A stretch of 32,000 nucleotides of DNA from Synechococcus sp. A15-24. GTDB taxonomy: Bacteria > Cyanobacteriota > Cyanobacteriia > PCC-6307 > Cyanobiaceae. Where the stretch lies: positions 1,350,001 to 1,382,000 of the forward strand of contig NZ_CP047960.1 of the NCBI RefSeq assembly GCF_014280195.1, given 5' to 3'. Below are positions 1-9,412 of this stretch, piece after piece; positions within the stretch are counted from its first letter, which is position 1; each line of letters opens with the position of its first letter. The notes beneath the pieces are model-generated. The model did not search any database. It was not told the DNA's origin and saw nothing but the letters and a program-made list of their open reading frames with translations. Both the position numbers and the translations under genes were made by a program.

Positions 1-1
1 C

Positions 2-1624
2 AAGGTGATCGGCATCCAGTACATCGCCACCTCGCTGTTTTTCCTGCTGGTTGGAGGTCTGCTGGCCATGATCGTGCGCGGTGAACTGATCACACCGCCG
101 GCCGATCTTGTTGATCCCACGGTTTACAACGGGCTCTACACCATGCACGGAACAGTGATGCTGTTCCTCTTTTTGTTCCCGATTCTCAACGGCTTCAACA
201 ACCTGTTGATCCCCACGATGATCGGTGCGCCGGACATGGCGTTTCCGAAGCTCAACGCTGCAGCCTTCTGGCTGGTGCCGGTGTTCGCCGTCGTGCTGAT
301 GGGCAGTTTCTTCGCCCCCGGCGGTCCAGCCTCCTCGGGCTGGTGGTCCTATCCGCCGATGAGTCTGCAGAACCCCCTGGGGCACTTCATCAACGGTGAG
401 TTCCTCTGGATCCTGGCGGTAGCGCTGTCGGGAATCTCCTCGATCATGGGCGCCGTCAATTTCGTGACGACGATCATCCGCATGCGCGCCCCCGGCATGG
501 GCTTTTTCAAGATGCCGGTGTTCGTGTGGACCGCCTGGGCCGCCCAGACGATTCAATTGATCGGCCTGCCGGCCCTCACCGGTGGCGCTGTGATGTTGCT
601 GTTTGACCTCAGCTTCGGCACCAGCTTTTTCCGGCCTGAGGGCGGTGGTGATCCGGTGCTGTTCCAACACTTCTTCTGGTTCTATTCGCACCCCGCCGTG
701 TATGTGCTGGTGCTGCCGGTGTTTGGCATCTTCTCTGAGCTGTTCCCCGTTTATGCCCGCAAGCCGCTGTTCGGCTACCGGTTCGTAGCCATCGCCTCCT
801 TCGGCATCACCTTCCTCAGCCTGATCGTGTGGGCGCACCACATGTTCTACACAGGCACACCGAACTGGATGCGCCATATCTTCATGTTCACCACGATGTT
901 GATCGCGGTGCCCACCGGCGTGAAGGTGTTCGCCTGGCTGGGAACGCTGTGGCAGGGAAATTTGAGGCTGAACACGCCGATGTTGTTCTGCCTCGGAGGC
1001 CTGTTCAACTTCATCTTCGCCGGCATCACAGGCGTGATGCTGGCCACGGTGCCGATCGACATTCACGTGGGTAACACCGCCTTTGTGGTGGCCCATTTCC
1101 ACTACGTGATCTTCAACACGATCGCCTTTGGGGTGTTCGCCGGCATCTATCACTGGTTCCCGAAATTCACCGGCCGCATGTACTACGAGGGCCTCGGCAA
1201 GGTGCACTTTGTGCTCACCTTCATCGGCGCCACCTTGAACTGGCTGCCGATTCACTGGGCCGGCCTGCTCGGCATGCCCCGCCGAGTGGCCTCCTACGAC
1301 CCGGAATTCGCCATCTGGAACGTACTGGGCAGCATCGGCGCCTTCATGCTCGGCGTTGCCTCGATCCCTTTCATTCTCAACATGGTGAGTTCCTGGGCAC
1401 GCGGCCCGAAGGCCCCTGCCAATCCCTGGCGGGCCATCGGTTTGGAGTGGTTGCTGCCCTCCCCGCCACCGGCTGAAAACTTCGAGGACGACATCCCCAC
1501 CGTGATTAGCGAGCCCTACGGCTACGGCCTGGGCCACCCCCTCGTCGAGGACGAGGAGTTCTACGTCCGCCGTTCCCAGGAGGCCTTAACCGATGACCAG
1601 CGTCAACCCCGACATTCAGCTTAA
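2..1624 (+). CDS. ctaD: cytochrome c oxidase subunit I (5' end truncated by window edge)
   Basis: The frame is open from base 2, and ..KVIGIQY.. is the conserved N-proximal region of heme-copper oxidases, so the GTG at 5 is not the real start. Polytopic hydrophobic protein with histidine motifs WAHHMF and HFHYV. Subunit III follows directly. Confidence 0.95.
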   Translation, partial: KVIGIQYIATSLFFLLVGGLLAMIVRGELITPPADLVDPTVYNGLYTMHGTVMLFLFLFPILNGFNNLLIPTMIGAPDMAFPKLNAAAFWLVPVFAVVLMGSFFAPGGPASSGWWSYPPMSLQNPLGHFINGEFLWILAVALSGISSIMGAVNFVTTIIRMRAPGMGFFKMPVFVWTAWAAQTIQLIGLPALTGGAVMLLFDLSFGTSFFRPEGGGDPVLFQHFFWFYSHPAVYVLVLPVFGIFSELFPVYARKPLFGYRFVAIASFGITFLSLIVWAHHMFYTGTPNWMRHIFMFTTMLIAVPTGVKVFAWLGTLWQGNLRLNTPMLFCLGGLFNFIFAGITGVMLATVPIDIHVGNTAFVVAHFHYVIFNTIAFGVFAGIYHWFPKFTGRMYYEGLGKVHFVLTFIGATLNWLPIHWAGLLGMPRRVASYDPEFAIWNVLGSIGAFMLGVASIPFILNMVSSWARGPKAPANPWRAIGLEWLLPSPPPAENFEDDIPTVISEPYGYGLGHPLVEDEEFYVRRSQEALTDDQRQPRHSA

Positions 1625-2189
1625 TCACACCCCGGGCCATGTGAAGCACGACGGTCACAACATGACCGGTTTCGTGATCTTCCTCTGCTCCGAGAGCGTC
1701 ATCTTCCTGGCCTTCTTCGCCGGCTACGCCGTGCTCAAGCTCACGGCTCCTCAATGGCTACCGGATGGCGTTGAGGGGTTGGAGGTACGCATGCCTCTGA
1801 TCAACAGCGTGGTGCTGGTGAGCTCCAGTTTTGTGGCCTATTTAGCCGAGCGCTATCTGCACAAGGGCAACCTCTGGGGTTTCCGGGCGGTGTGGTTCCT
1901 CACCATGGCGATGGGGTCCTACTTCGTCTACGGGCAGTACGTCGAATGGTCGGAACTCACCTTCAGCCTCAGCAGCGGTGTGTTCGGCGGGATGTTCTAT
2001 CTGCTCACGGGTTTTCACGGCCTGCATGTGATCACCGGCATCCTGCTGATGGGCCTGATGCTGGCCCGGTCGTTCCGTCCGGGAAATTACGACAAGGGCG
2101 AAATGGGCGTCGCTTCGGTGAGCCTGTTCTGGCACTTCGTCGATGTGATCTGGATCCTTCTTTTCCTCCTTATCTACGTCTGGCAGTAA
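1593..2189 (+). CDS. ctaE: cytochrome c oxidase subunit III
   Basis: 198 aa membrane protein with subunit III-like motifs (FHGLHVITG, WHFVDVIW). Overlaps the ctaD 3' end by 32 nt. Confidence 0.9.
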   Translation: MTSVNPDIQLNHTPGHVKHDGHNMTGFVIFLCSESVIFLAFFAGYAVLKLTAPQWLPDGVEGLEVRMPLINSVVLVSSSFVAYLAERYLHKGNLWGFRAVWFLTMAMGSYFVYGQYVEWSELTFSLSSGVFGGMFYLLTGFHGLHVITGILLMGLMLARSFRPGNYDKGEMGVASVSLFWHFVDVIWILLFLLIYVWQ

Positions 2190-2193
2190 TCCC

Positions 2194-3699
2194 ATGATTA
2201 TCGACGACCGCCACTACGACGTCATCGTCATCGGCAGCGGCGCTGGGGGAGGCACTCTGGCAGGTGCTCTGAGCCGCAAGGGCAAAACCGTGCTGGTGCT
2301 CGAGCGCGGCGGGGCGATGGCCCTGGAGGATCAGAACGTCGCCGATGTGGATCTGTTCCGCAAGGACCGCTATCACCCCAAGAACGAACGTTGGTTTGGT
2401 CCCGACGGCGATCCCTTCGCCCCCCAGACCACCTACGCCCGCGGCGGCAACAGCAAGATCTGGGGCGCGGTGCTGGAGCGCATGCGCGAGAAGGACTTCA
2501 CCGAAGTCCCCCTGCAGGAAGGTGTGTCACCCGCCTGGCCGTTCGACTACGCCGAACTGGCCCCGTACTACGAACAGGCTGAACAGCTGTACAAGGTGCA
2601 TGGCAAGGCCGGCGTGGACCCCACCGAGCCAGGGCGCCATTGCGACTACCTGGCCAAACCGAAGGCGGTGGAACCGTTTCTGGAACCGCTTCGCGCCGCT
2701 TTGCAACGCCAGGGATGCCAGCCCTACGACATCCCCATCAGCTGGTCTGACGATCGTGAGGATCCGAGCGGCGATGCCCAGCTGTTCGGTCTCGAGGCCG
2801 GAGATCCGGAGCGGCTCACCCTGCGCGATAACGCCAGAGTCTTGCGACTGCATGTGAACCCCAACGGTCGAGAGGTGAAGGCCGTGGAGGCGGAGCTGGG
2901 TGGAGACATCTGGCTGTTCCGCGCCGATGTTGTGGTGTTGGCGGCCGGGGCTGTGAATACTCCTGTGATCCTTCTTCGCTCGGCCAATTCCCATCACCCC
3001 AAGGGCATCAGCAACGGCTCCGATCAGGTGGGCCGCAATCTGATGAATCTGCAGCTCACCTCGATTCTGCAGCTGGCCACCGAACGCAACAGCGGTCGCT
3101 ACGGACGATCCCTGGGCATCAACGACTACTACTGGGGAGACAAGAACGTCAGCTTTCCCCTGGGGCACATCCAGACCGCCGGCGGTGTGCTGCAGGACGC
3201 GCTGTTCGCCGAGTCGCCACCTGTGCTCTCTCTGGTGAGCAAGATGATCCCTGATTTCGGCCTCGAGCAACTGGCGTCCCGCTCCGTGGCCTGGTGGGCG
3301 ATGACGGAGGTAATGCCGGATCCCCACAACAAGATCTGGCTGCACAACGACCAGATCCGCATCAACTACATCCACAACAACCGCGAAGCTCACGATCGAC
3401 TTGTTTATCGATGGATCGACACGTTGAAAGAGGTGGAGAAGGACCCGATCACCAAAGTGGTGCTCAAGGCCCCCACCCATGCCCGCGGTGAAGCGCCCCT
3501 GAGTGTGGTGGGCTACGGCTGCGGCAGTTGTCGAATGGGCGACGACCCCGCCAACTCCGTGGTTGATGCTCACGGCAAGTGCCATGAGCTGGAGAACCTC
3601 TACCTCGCGGACGCGAGCATCTTCCCCAGTTGCCCCAGTGTGGGACCTGGTCTCACCGTGATCGCATTGGCCCTGAGATTGGCGGACAAACTCGGCTGA
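2194..3699 (+). CDS. GMC-family FAD-dependent oxidoreductase
   Basis: N-terminal Rossmann FAD motif DVIVIGSGAGGG. C-terminal GMC-type region ..CHELENLYLADASIFPS... Starts 4 nt after the ctaE stop. Confidence 0.85.
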   Translation: MIIDDRHYDVIVIGSGAGGGTLAGALSRKGKTVLVLERGGAMALEDQNVADVDLFRKDRYHPKNERWFGPDGDPFAPQTTYARGGNSKIWGAVLERMREKDFTEVPLQEGVSPAWPFDYAELAPYYEQAEQLYKVHGKAGVDPTEPGRHCDYLAKPKAVEPFLEPLRAALQRQGCQPYDIPISWSDDREDPSGDAQLFGLEAGDPERLTLRDNARVLRLHVNPNGREVKAVEAELGGDIWLFRADVVVLAAGAVNTPVILLRSANSHHPKGISNGSDQVGRNLMNLQLTSILQLATERNSGRYGRSLGINDYYWGDKNVSFPLGHIQTAGGVLQDALFAESPPVLSLVSKMIPDFGLEQLASRSVAWWAMTEVMPDPHNKIWLHNDQIRINYIHNNREAHDRLVYRWIDTLKEVEKDPITKVVLKAPTHARGEAPLSVVGYGCGSCRMGDDPANSVVDAHGKCHELENLYLADASIFPSCPSVGPGLTVIALALRLADKLG

Positions 3700-4173
3700 T
3701 CAATCACCGAGCAGATACGCCCGCAAGGAGCCGATCGGCCCCTGCTGGGGGGCCTGCTGCACCAAGCGCCCTGCCAGGAGAGCACCGCCGATCACTTCAT
3801 TCGGAACAAGACGTGACATCAGGCGAGCCTCCAGCTCACTGTTGATTTCGTCGCTTGGGTACAGGCTGATCACAGCCATCACCTCGCGGTCATCCATGAA
3901 GCGATGGACGAGAACGGTGATCTGACTGTCACTGAGAAAACTGCGGCCGTCCCGACCGAACAGGTGCTGCACGGCATGAAACAGTTCATGCCGTACGACC
4001 TCATCGATGGAGCGACCTTTGGAGCGGATGCGCTCCGTGCAGAGGGCAATTTCGGACCGCTGGGGGTCGTAGCTGCCAACCCCCGCCGGCTGAGCGTCAC
4101 ACCAGGCACCACCCTGAACCGTTCCCACCCCCAACCAAGCCGCGAAAAGCAACAGGAAGGGAATGGGCATCAA
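3700..4173 (-). CDS. small secreted protein with HExxH motif (putative minimal zincin-like metallopeptidase)
   Basis: 157 aa with an N-terminal hydrophobic signal-like segment MMPIPFLLLFAAWLGVG and the motif RHELFHAVQH. AT-rich upstream region at 4174-4267. Family not identified. Confidence 0.6.
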   Translation of the reverse strand: MMPIPFLLLFAAWLGVGTVQGGAWCDAQPAGVGSYDPQRSEIALCTERIRSKGRSIDEVVRHELFHAVQHLFGRDGRSFLSDSQITVLVHRFMDDREVMAVISLYPSDEINSELEARLMSRLVPNEVIGGALLAGRLVQQAPQQGPIGSLRAYLLGD

Positions 4174-4267
4174 GAATTAACGCATCCTTAATTTCACCAT
4201 AACTATTGCGTCTCACGGTTCCTGTGATGGATACGACAGATCTCAAGATTTCTTCAGACTCTTTTGA

Positions 4268-5635
4268 TCAACCCATCGTCACGAATTCCTCGGACACCGA
4301 GGGATGCAAGGCCATCGTGCGATCGAAATCCGCCTTGGTGGCCCCCATACCGACGGCAATAGCTGCCATCTGAATGATTTCGGCGGCATGCTCCCCCACC
4401 ATGTGGCACCCGAGCACACGATCCGTCGAGATCTCCACAACCAGCTTCAACAAACAACGGGACCCGGTGGCCGGGAGGGCGCGCGACATCGATCGGAACC
4501 GGGCCCGATGGATCACCACACCATCCACACCATGGCGGTCGATGGCCGCCTCTTCAGAAAGGCCCACCGTGGCCAGTTCGGGATCACTGAACACCGCGCT
4601 GGCCACAAGGTCGTGGTTCACCTGTCGAGGCCGACTGCCAAAGGTGGCATCGGCAAAGGCGCGGCCTTCATCGATCGCCACCGGCGTGAGATTGACTCGG
4701 TCGGTGACATCACCAACTGCATAGATGTGGGCAACCGAGGTGCGTGAGTCGGCATCAACGCTGATCCGTCCCTGCTCCACGGCCACACCAGCAGCATCGA
4801 GACCCAGGCCATCCAGCCATGGGCGCCGGCCAGTGGCCATCAACACCCCACCGCAGGGCAAAGCCAACCCATCCGACAGCTGAACCATCAAGTCACCGGG
4901 CTGACCGCTCACTGCCGACACCGTGCGTTCCAACAACACGTGGATTCCCTGCTCCTGCAGCCCCTCCAGCACGGCGTCCGCCAGCTCCCGGTCAAATCCC
5001 CTGAGCAGGCCTGAGCCCCGCACCACCTGGGTGACTTCCACTCCAAGGCCACGCAGGATGCAGGCGAATTCACAGGCGATGAAGCCCGCTCCCACCACCA
5101 CCACCTCCTTCGGCAACTGCTCCAGGTTGAACATGTCATCGCTGATCCAGGTGTGCTCAATCCCGGGAATATCCGGGCGTACCGGCCGCCCTCCAACAGC
5201 CACCAAATAGTGCGCAGCAGACAGCTCCCGTTGGATCGGGCCACCCCGTTCGGGCGCGATGCCGATGCACTGGTCGGACAGAAACCTGCCCCAGCCATCG
5301 ATGCGCTCAACACCCGCCTTCTCCAGAAAGCCGAGATGCAGATGATTGAGCCGATCCACCTCGGCCCTCACCCGGCGAAACAGTTCCGCAACGTTGCTCT
5401 CAACGGAACCCAGGGTGAGGCCATAGGCCGGTGCATCGTTGAGCTGATGCCGCGCTTGAGCGCCGTAGACCAACAGCTTTTTGGGGACACATCCCCGGAT
5501 CACACAGGTGCCGCCGACGCGGTCTCCCTCAACAATGGCCACCTTGGCGCCATGGCGTGCCGCCCGCTTGGCAGCGGCCAACCCTCCAGACCCTGCACCC
5601 AGAACAATCAGATCAAAGGTCGACTCGATGGCCAT
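4268..5635 (-). CDS. gor: glutathione reductase (pyridine nucleotide-disulfide oxidoreductase class I)
   Basis: FAD motif LIVLGAGSGG, redox-active disulfide GGTCVIRGCVPKK, and a C-terminal HPSVSEEFVT close to the glutathione reductase HPTSSEE signature. Confidence 0.85.
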   Translation of the reverse strand: MAIESTFDLIVLGAGSGGLAAAKRAARHGAKVAIVEGDRVGGTCVIRGCVPKKLLVYGAQARHQLNDAPAYGLTLGSVESNVAELFRRVRAEVDRLNHLHLGFLEKAGVERIDGWGRFLSDQCIGIAPERGGPIQRELSAAHYLVAVGGRPVRPDIPGIEHTWISDDMFNLEQLPKEVVVVGAGFIACEFACILRGLGVEVTQVVRGSGLLRGFDRELADAVLEGLQEQGIHVLLERTVSAVSGQPGDLMVQLSDGLALPCGGVLMATGRRPWLDGLGLDAAGVAVEQGRISVDADSRTSVAHIYAVGDVTDRVNLTPVAIDEGRAFADATFGSRPRQVNHDLVASAVFSDPELATVGLSEEAAIDRHGVDGVVIHRARFRSMSRALPATGSRCLLKLVVEISTDRVLGCHMVGEHAAEIIQMAAIAVGMGATKADFDRTMALHPSVSEEFVTMG

Positions 5636-5795
5636 GGCGACGTTGGCAACAGATCAATTCTCATGACGCGGAGGATGCCTGTCGACGTGCCACTAGACAC
5701 ATGCCGGAAAGTAAAGGCAGCGTTATGGTTTGAGCAAGATTGGCTCAAGGACACGTGAAGAGACGTGGAAGCGAGAGCCTTACCACCGTTGACCC

Positions 5796-6035
5796 ATGAA
5801 AAAAACGCAACGTTCCAGGCCCCAACCCCCTGATCTTGAGCAGCAGGCGCTCCAGCGTCGGGACATCGTGATGCTGCTCACCTCCGATGACATGAGTCTT
5901 CGTCTCAAACAGCTGGCACGCGAGGGTCGCCAGGACGACTGTCTAGCGCTGATGCAGGAATTGGGGGACTGGCAGTCCTATGGACGAGGCGATCTGTCCC
6001 CGATCCTCCATGCCCCCTACATCGGTTCTGTCTGA
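5796..6035 (+). CDS. hypothetical small protein (uncertain)
   Basis: 79-aa ORF in the gor/GST intergenic space with no recognisable motif. Overlaps the 5' end of the next ORF. Confidence 0.3.
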   Translation: MKKTQRSRPQPPDLEQQALQRRDIVMLLTSDDMSLRLKQLAREGRQDDCLALMQELGDWQSYGRGDLSPILHAPYIGSV

Positions 6036-7242
6036 AGCACTCTCCTGGTCAGACCTGGAGGGTCTGACCGCTGACGAACCTGACCGCACGCAGGGGCCGA
6101 CTAATGCCCAGGCGGTTCTTCGCTTGTTCGGCCAGGAGGAAAGCGCTGTTCGCGTCACCCTTTACCGCGATCACCATGCCTGGTGCCCGTACTGCCAAAA
6201 GGTGTGGTTATGGTTGGAGTTCAAACGGATTCCGTACCGCATCCGCAAGGTGACGATGCGCTGCTACGGCAGCAAAGAGCCCTGGTTTCTGCAGCGTGTT
6301 CCGAGCGGAATGCTGCCGGCCCTTGATCTCGATGGCCGGCTGATCACCGAAAGCGATGAGATCCTCATGCAACTGGAGGCGACTTTCGGGCCCCTCGGCC
6401 AACCGATGACCACTCCGGACGTGTGCTCGCATCGGCAGCTGGAACGGCTGCTGTTCCGGGCTTGGTGCCTGTGGCTGTGCACCCCTGGCCTCAGCCCGAA
6501 GGATGACCAACGGGCCATGGAGCAATTCCGGCGCGTCGCCGGGCAGTTCGAGCAAGCCCTGCGTCAATCACCCGGCCCCTTTCTTGATCCCGCTGCACCG
6601 GGAACCGCTGATCTGGTGTTCGTGCCTTATGTGGAACGGATGAACGCTTCTTTGGCTTATTACAAGGGATGTCGACTCCGCCATGAGCATCCGGCCATCG
6701 ATGCCTGGTTCCGGGCTCTTGAACAGCTGGCCACCTATCGCGGCACCCAGAGCGATCACCACACCCATGCCCACGACCTTCCCCCACAGATGGGCGGCTG
6801 CTGGTCCAACCATTCCGACGCGGCACGGACCATGGCCGATCAAATCGACCGCGGTGACGGACTCGCTGACGATGAAGCCTGCTGGGACGCCGACCACAGC
6901 ATCAACGCGGCGGCCATCGCCCTGGGCCGGGTGCTGCGTCACCGCGAGCGATTGATGGAGCGAAACCCACTGGGCCGCACCGGCTTTGATCAACCACTCC
7001 GGTGTGCTCTCACCAACCTGATGGGCCAAGGCTCACCGTGCCCCGACCGCGGCAGTGCCCTTGCGCTTCGCCACCTCCGCGATCGGATCTCAGTTCCTCG
7101 GGACATGCCCCTGCCGGCCGCTCGGCTGTTGCGTCAGGCGCTTGAACGGACAGCGGAACTGGATGGCCCAGATCAGCCCCGACCACTGCCGATCCGGGAC
7201 CGATTCGATCAGGACCCAGCGCCTTTCGTGGGTCGGCCATAG
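5980..7242 (+). CDS. glutathione S-transferase-like protein with glutaredoxin-type CPYC N-domain and long C-terminal extension
   Basis: Thioredoxin-fold segment VTLYRDHHAWCPYCQKVWLWLEFKRIPYRIRKV..PALDLDGRLITESDEIL. The start is ambiguous, with ATG at 5980 or ATG at 6010 (MPPTSV..). Confidence 0.8.
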   Translation: MDEAICPRSSMPPTSVLSEALSWSDLEGLTADEPDRTQGPTNAQAVLRLFGQEESAVRVTLYRDHHAWCPYCQKVWLWLEFKRIPYRIRKVTMRCYGSKEPWFLQRVPSGMLPALDLDGRLITESDEILMQLEATFGPLGQPMTTPDVCSHRQLERLLFRAWCLWLCTPGLSPKDDQRAMEQFRRVAGQFEQALRQSPGPFLDPAAPGTADLVFVPYVERMNASLAYYKGCRLRHEHPAIDAWFRALEQLATYRGTQSDHHTHAHDLPPQMGGCWSNHSDAARTMADQIDRGDGLADDEACWDADHSINAAAIALGRVLRHRERLMERNPLGRTGFDQPLRCALTNLMGQGSPCPDRGSALALRHLRDRISVPRDMPLPAARLLRQALERTAELDGPDQPRPLPIRDRFDQDPAPFVGRP

Positions 7243-7264
7243 TGAAGGTCTTGACACCTGCGGT

Positions 7265-7933
7265 GTGGCTCTCGACCTGTCTGGCTACCAACCGATCCCG
7301 GAAGCTGGACGCAAGACCGAGCTGACCGAGATCCCCATCGCCAGCCTTCAGCCGACCCAATGGTGCGTGGGTCTTGCGGAGGTATGGGCCCGGCAGGAGG
7401 ACTTCGCCAGCGAAACCCGCCAGCAACGGCTCGACTATCTCAAGGGCAAGCCCGTGCCCCTGGTCCGCAGTGCTGCCGGTGAGGTCTGGATGGTGGATCG
7501 CCACCACCGACTGCGGGGTCTGCTGGGTCTGGATCCCCAGTCCACGACCTGGGGTTATGTAATTGCCGATCTGCACTGCAGCGACCGCAGCGAGGTGATG
7601 CGGTTCCTCGAACAACAGGGTTGGTTGTACCTGATCGACGGACGGGGCTCTGGGCCACGTCAGCCGATGGAGTTACCCCGTACCTTGCTCGATCTGGAGG
7701 ACGACCCCTACCGCAGCCTGGTGTGGAAGCTGAAGAAGGAAGGCTTCATCAAGCCGCAGCCGCAGATCCCATATCACGAATTTCGCTGGGGTGCCTGGTT
7801 GCGTCGAAGGCCCTTGCCACCCTTCAGTTCCCGGCAGCTTCAGCCAGCACTGGCCCCGGCTCGCCGCCTGGTGTGTTCCCAGGCCGCCAGCACGATGGCG
7901 GGATGGAAAGGCGATAAGAAGGCTTGCCGCTGA
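7265..7933 (+). CDS. ParB/Srx-like nuclease-domain protein
   Basis: ParB-like N-domain pattern IPIASLQPTQ..VPLVRSAAGEVWMVDRHHRLRGLL. The ORF is open from 7055, but that would overlap the upstream gene by 188 nt. GTG at 7265 is the first start after the upstream stop, and ATG at 7163 is an alternative. Confidence 0.7.
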   Translation: MALDLSGYQPIPEAGRKTELTEIPIASLQPTQWCVGLAEVWARQEDFASETRQQRLDYLKGKPVPLVRSAAGEVWMVDRHHRLRGLLGLDPQSTTWGYVIADLHCSDRSEVMRFLEQQGWLYLIDGRGSGPRQPMELPRTLLDLEDDPYRSLVWKLKKEGFIKPQPQIPYHEFRWGAWLRRRPLPPFSSRQLQPALAPARRLVCSQAASTMAGWKGDKKACR

Positions 7934-9331
7934 TCAGCGTTTGCGCCGGGAATCGATCTGAAGCAGGTCCTTGACCTTCTGCACCTGGCCTGCCAGCTGG
8001 GGGTCGCTGGCCAGCTTCTTCTCCACCTGTTCGATCGCGTACATCACGGTGGTGTGGTCCTTGCCGCCGAAGGTGTCGCCGATCCGCGGCAGGCTCAGAT
8101 CCGTGCCCTGCCGCATCAGGTACATCCCCACCTGACGGGCCTGGCTGACGGCACGCCGGCGGGTGCTGCTCAGCATCTCCTCTGCGGTGACATCAAACAC
8201 CTCCGACACCTTGTCGATCACTTGCTGCGGTGTGACGTCAACGCCTTGTCCGGTCGGATCAAGCATCGGCGCCACCGACTCCACCGTCATCGGCAGGCCG
8301 GTGATCGAGGCGAAGGCCACGGCACGGGTGAGGGCCCCCTCAAGCTCTCGGATGTTGGAGGTGAAGCGCCCCGCCAGGTAATGGATCAGATCCCGGGGCA
8401 GGGCCATGCGCTCCTGCTCCGCTTTCTTCTGGAGAATCGCCATGCGGGTCTCGAGATCAGGGGCCTGGATATCAGCGATCAGGCCCATCTGGAAGCGGGA
8501 GATCAAGCGCTGCTGCAACCTGGGGATCTGACTGGGGGGCCGATCACTGGCGATCACCACCTGTTTGCCGGCTTCGTGCAAGGCATTAAAGGTGTGGAAG
8601 AACTCCTCCTGGGTGTATTCCTTGCCTTCGATGAACTGGATGTCATCCACCAACAGCAGATCCGCCGCGCGGTAACGGTCTCGGAAGGCCTTCATGCCGT
8701 CCTTGCGGATGCTGTCGATCAGATCATTGGTGAAGGTTTCGGTGGAGACGTAGGACACTCGAGCAGAGGGATCGATCTCCAACCGGTAGTGACCGATGGC
8801 CTGCATCAAGTGGGTCTTGCCCAGACCGACTCCGCCACAGATGAACAGGGGATTGAATTCACGGCCGGGAGCCTCCGCCACCGCCAGGGCTGCCGCATGG
8901 GCCATCCGACTGTTGGGACCCACAACGAATCGACCGAACACATAACGGGGGTTGAGCCCCGGCAGCACCCGTCGCGGCGATCGCGACGGCGCGGACTCCC
9001 GGGCAGCCGCCGAGTATCCGGGGGCCAAGGCGGGCTCCGGCGGGTCAGCGTCCTGGTTTGTCACCCCGGGGGAGACGACAGCGGGATCAGCCAGAACCAC
9101 CACCTGCACCGGGCCACCGCAGGCTTCGCTGGCCAACTGGGTGATCGAAGGCAGAAGCTGCTCCCTCAACCTGACTCCGGCAAAGGGATTCGGGGCGAGC
9201 AGGCGCAGTTCCCCGTTGGCAAAGCCACTGCAGGCCGTTGGCCGGATGAAGGTCTCGAAGGTGGGCTTGCTCAGCTTGGTCTGCAGCCCCCCACGCACCT
9301 TGCTCCAGAGCTCCTCGCCCGTCAGCACCAC
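7934..9331 (-). CDS. dnaA: chromosomal replication initiator protein DnaA
   Basis: AAA+ Walker [11 protein letters not shown], Walker B LLVDDIQF, and a C-terminal DNA-binding domain (..[13 protein letters not shown]..). Confidence 0.97.
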   Translation of the reverse strand: MVLTGEELWSKVRGGLQTKLSKPTFETFIRPTACSGFANGELRLLAPNPFAGVRLREQLLPSITQLASEACGGPVQVVVLADPAVVSPGVTNQDADPPEPALAPGYSAAARESAPSRSPRRVLPGLNPRYVFGRFVVGPNSRMAHAAALAVAEAPGREFNPLFICGGVGLGKTHLMQAIGHYRLEIDPSARVSYVSTETFTNDLIDSIRKDGMKAFRDRYRAADLLLVDDIQFIEGKEYTQEEFFHTFNALHEAGKQVVIASDRPPSQIPRLQQRLISRFQMGLIADIQAPDLETRMAILQKKAEQERMALPRDLIHYLAGRFTSNIRELEGALTRAVAFASITGLPMTVESVAPMLDPTGQGVDVTPQQVIDKVSEVFDVTAEEMLSSTRRRAVSQARQVGMYLMRQGTDLSLPRIGDTFGGKDHTTVMYAIEQVEKKLASDPQLAGQVQKVKDLLQIDSRRKR

Positions 9332-9412
9332 ACCGCCATCCCTTGAATACTGAATCTACGCACGCTGCTCGGAACAGTCCGCTTTTAATGAATCAGCAGA
9401 CACCAAGCTTCG

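Noticed and set aside
8054-9346. A 430-aa ORF antisense to almost the whole of dnaA. Similar long antisense ORFs occur at 2527-3585, 12463-13269, 15994-16848 and 23428-24318.
   Set aside because: These are typical shadow ORFs of a GC-rich genome, where stop codons are rare on the antisense strand. They are Arg/Gly/His/Leu-rich and low in complexity, carry no motifs, and each lies opposite a gene with unambiguous family signatures.
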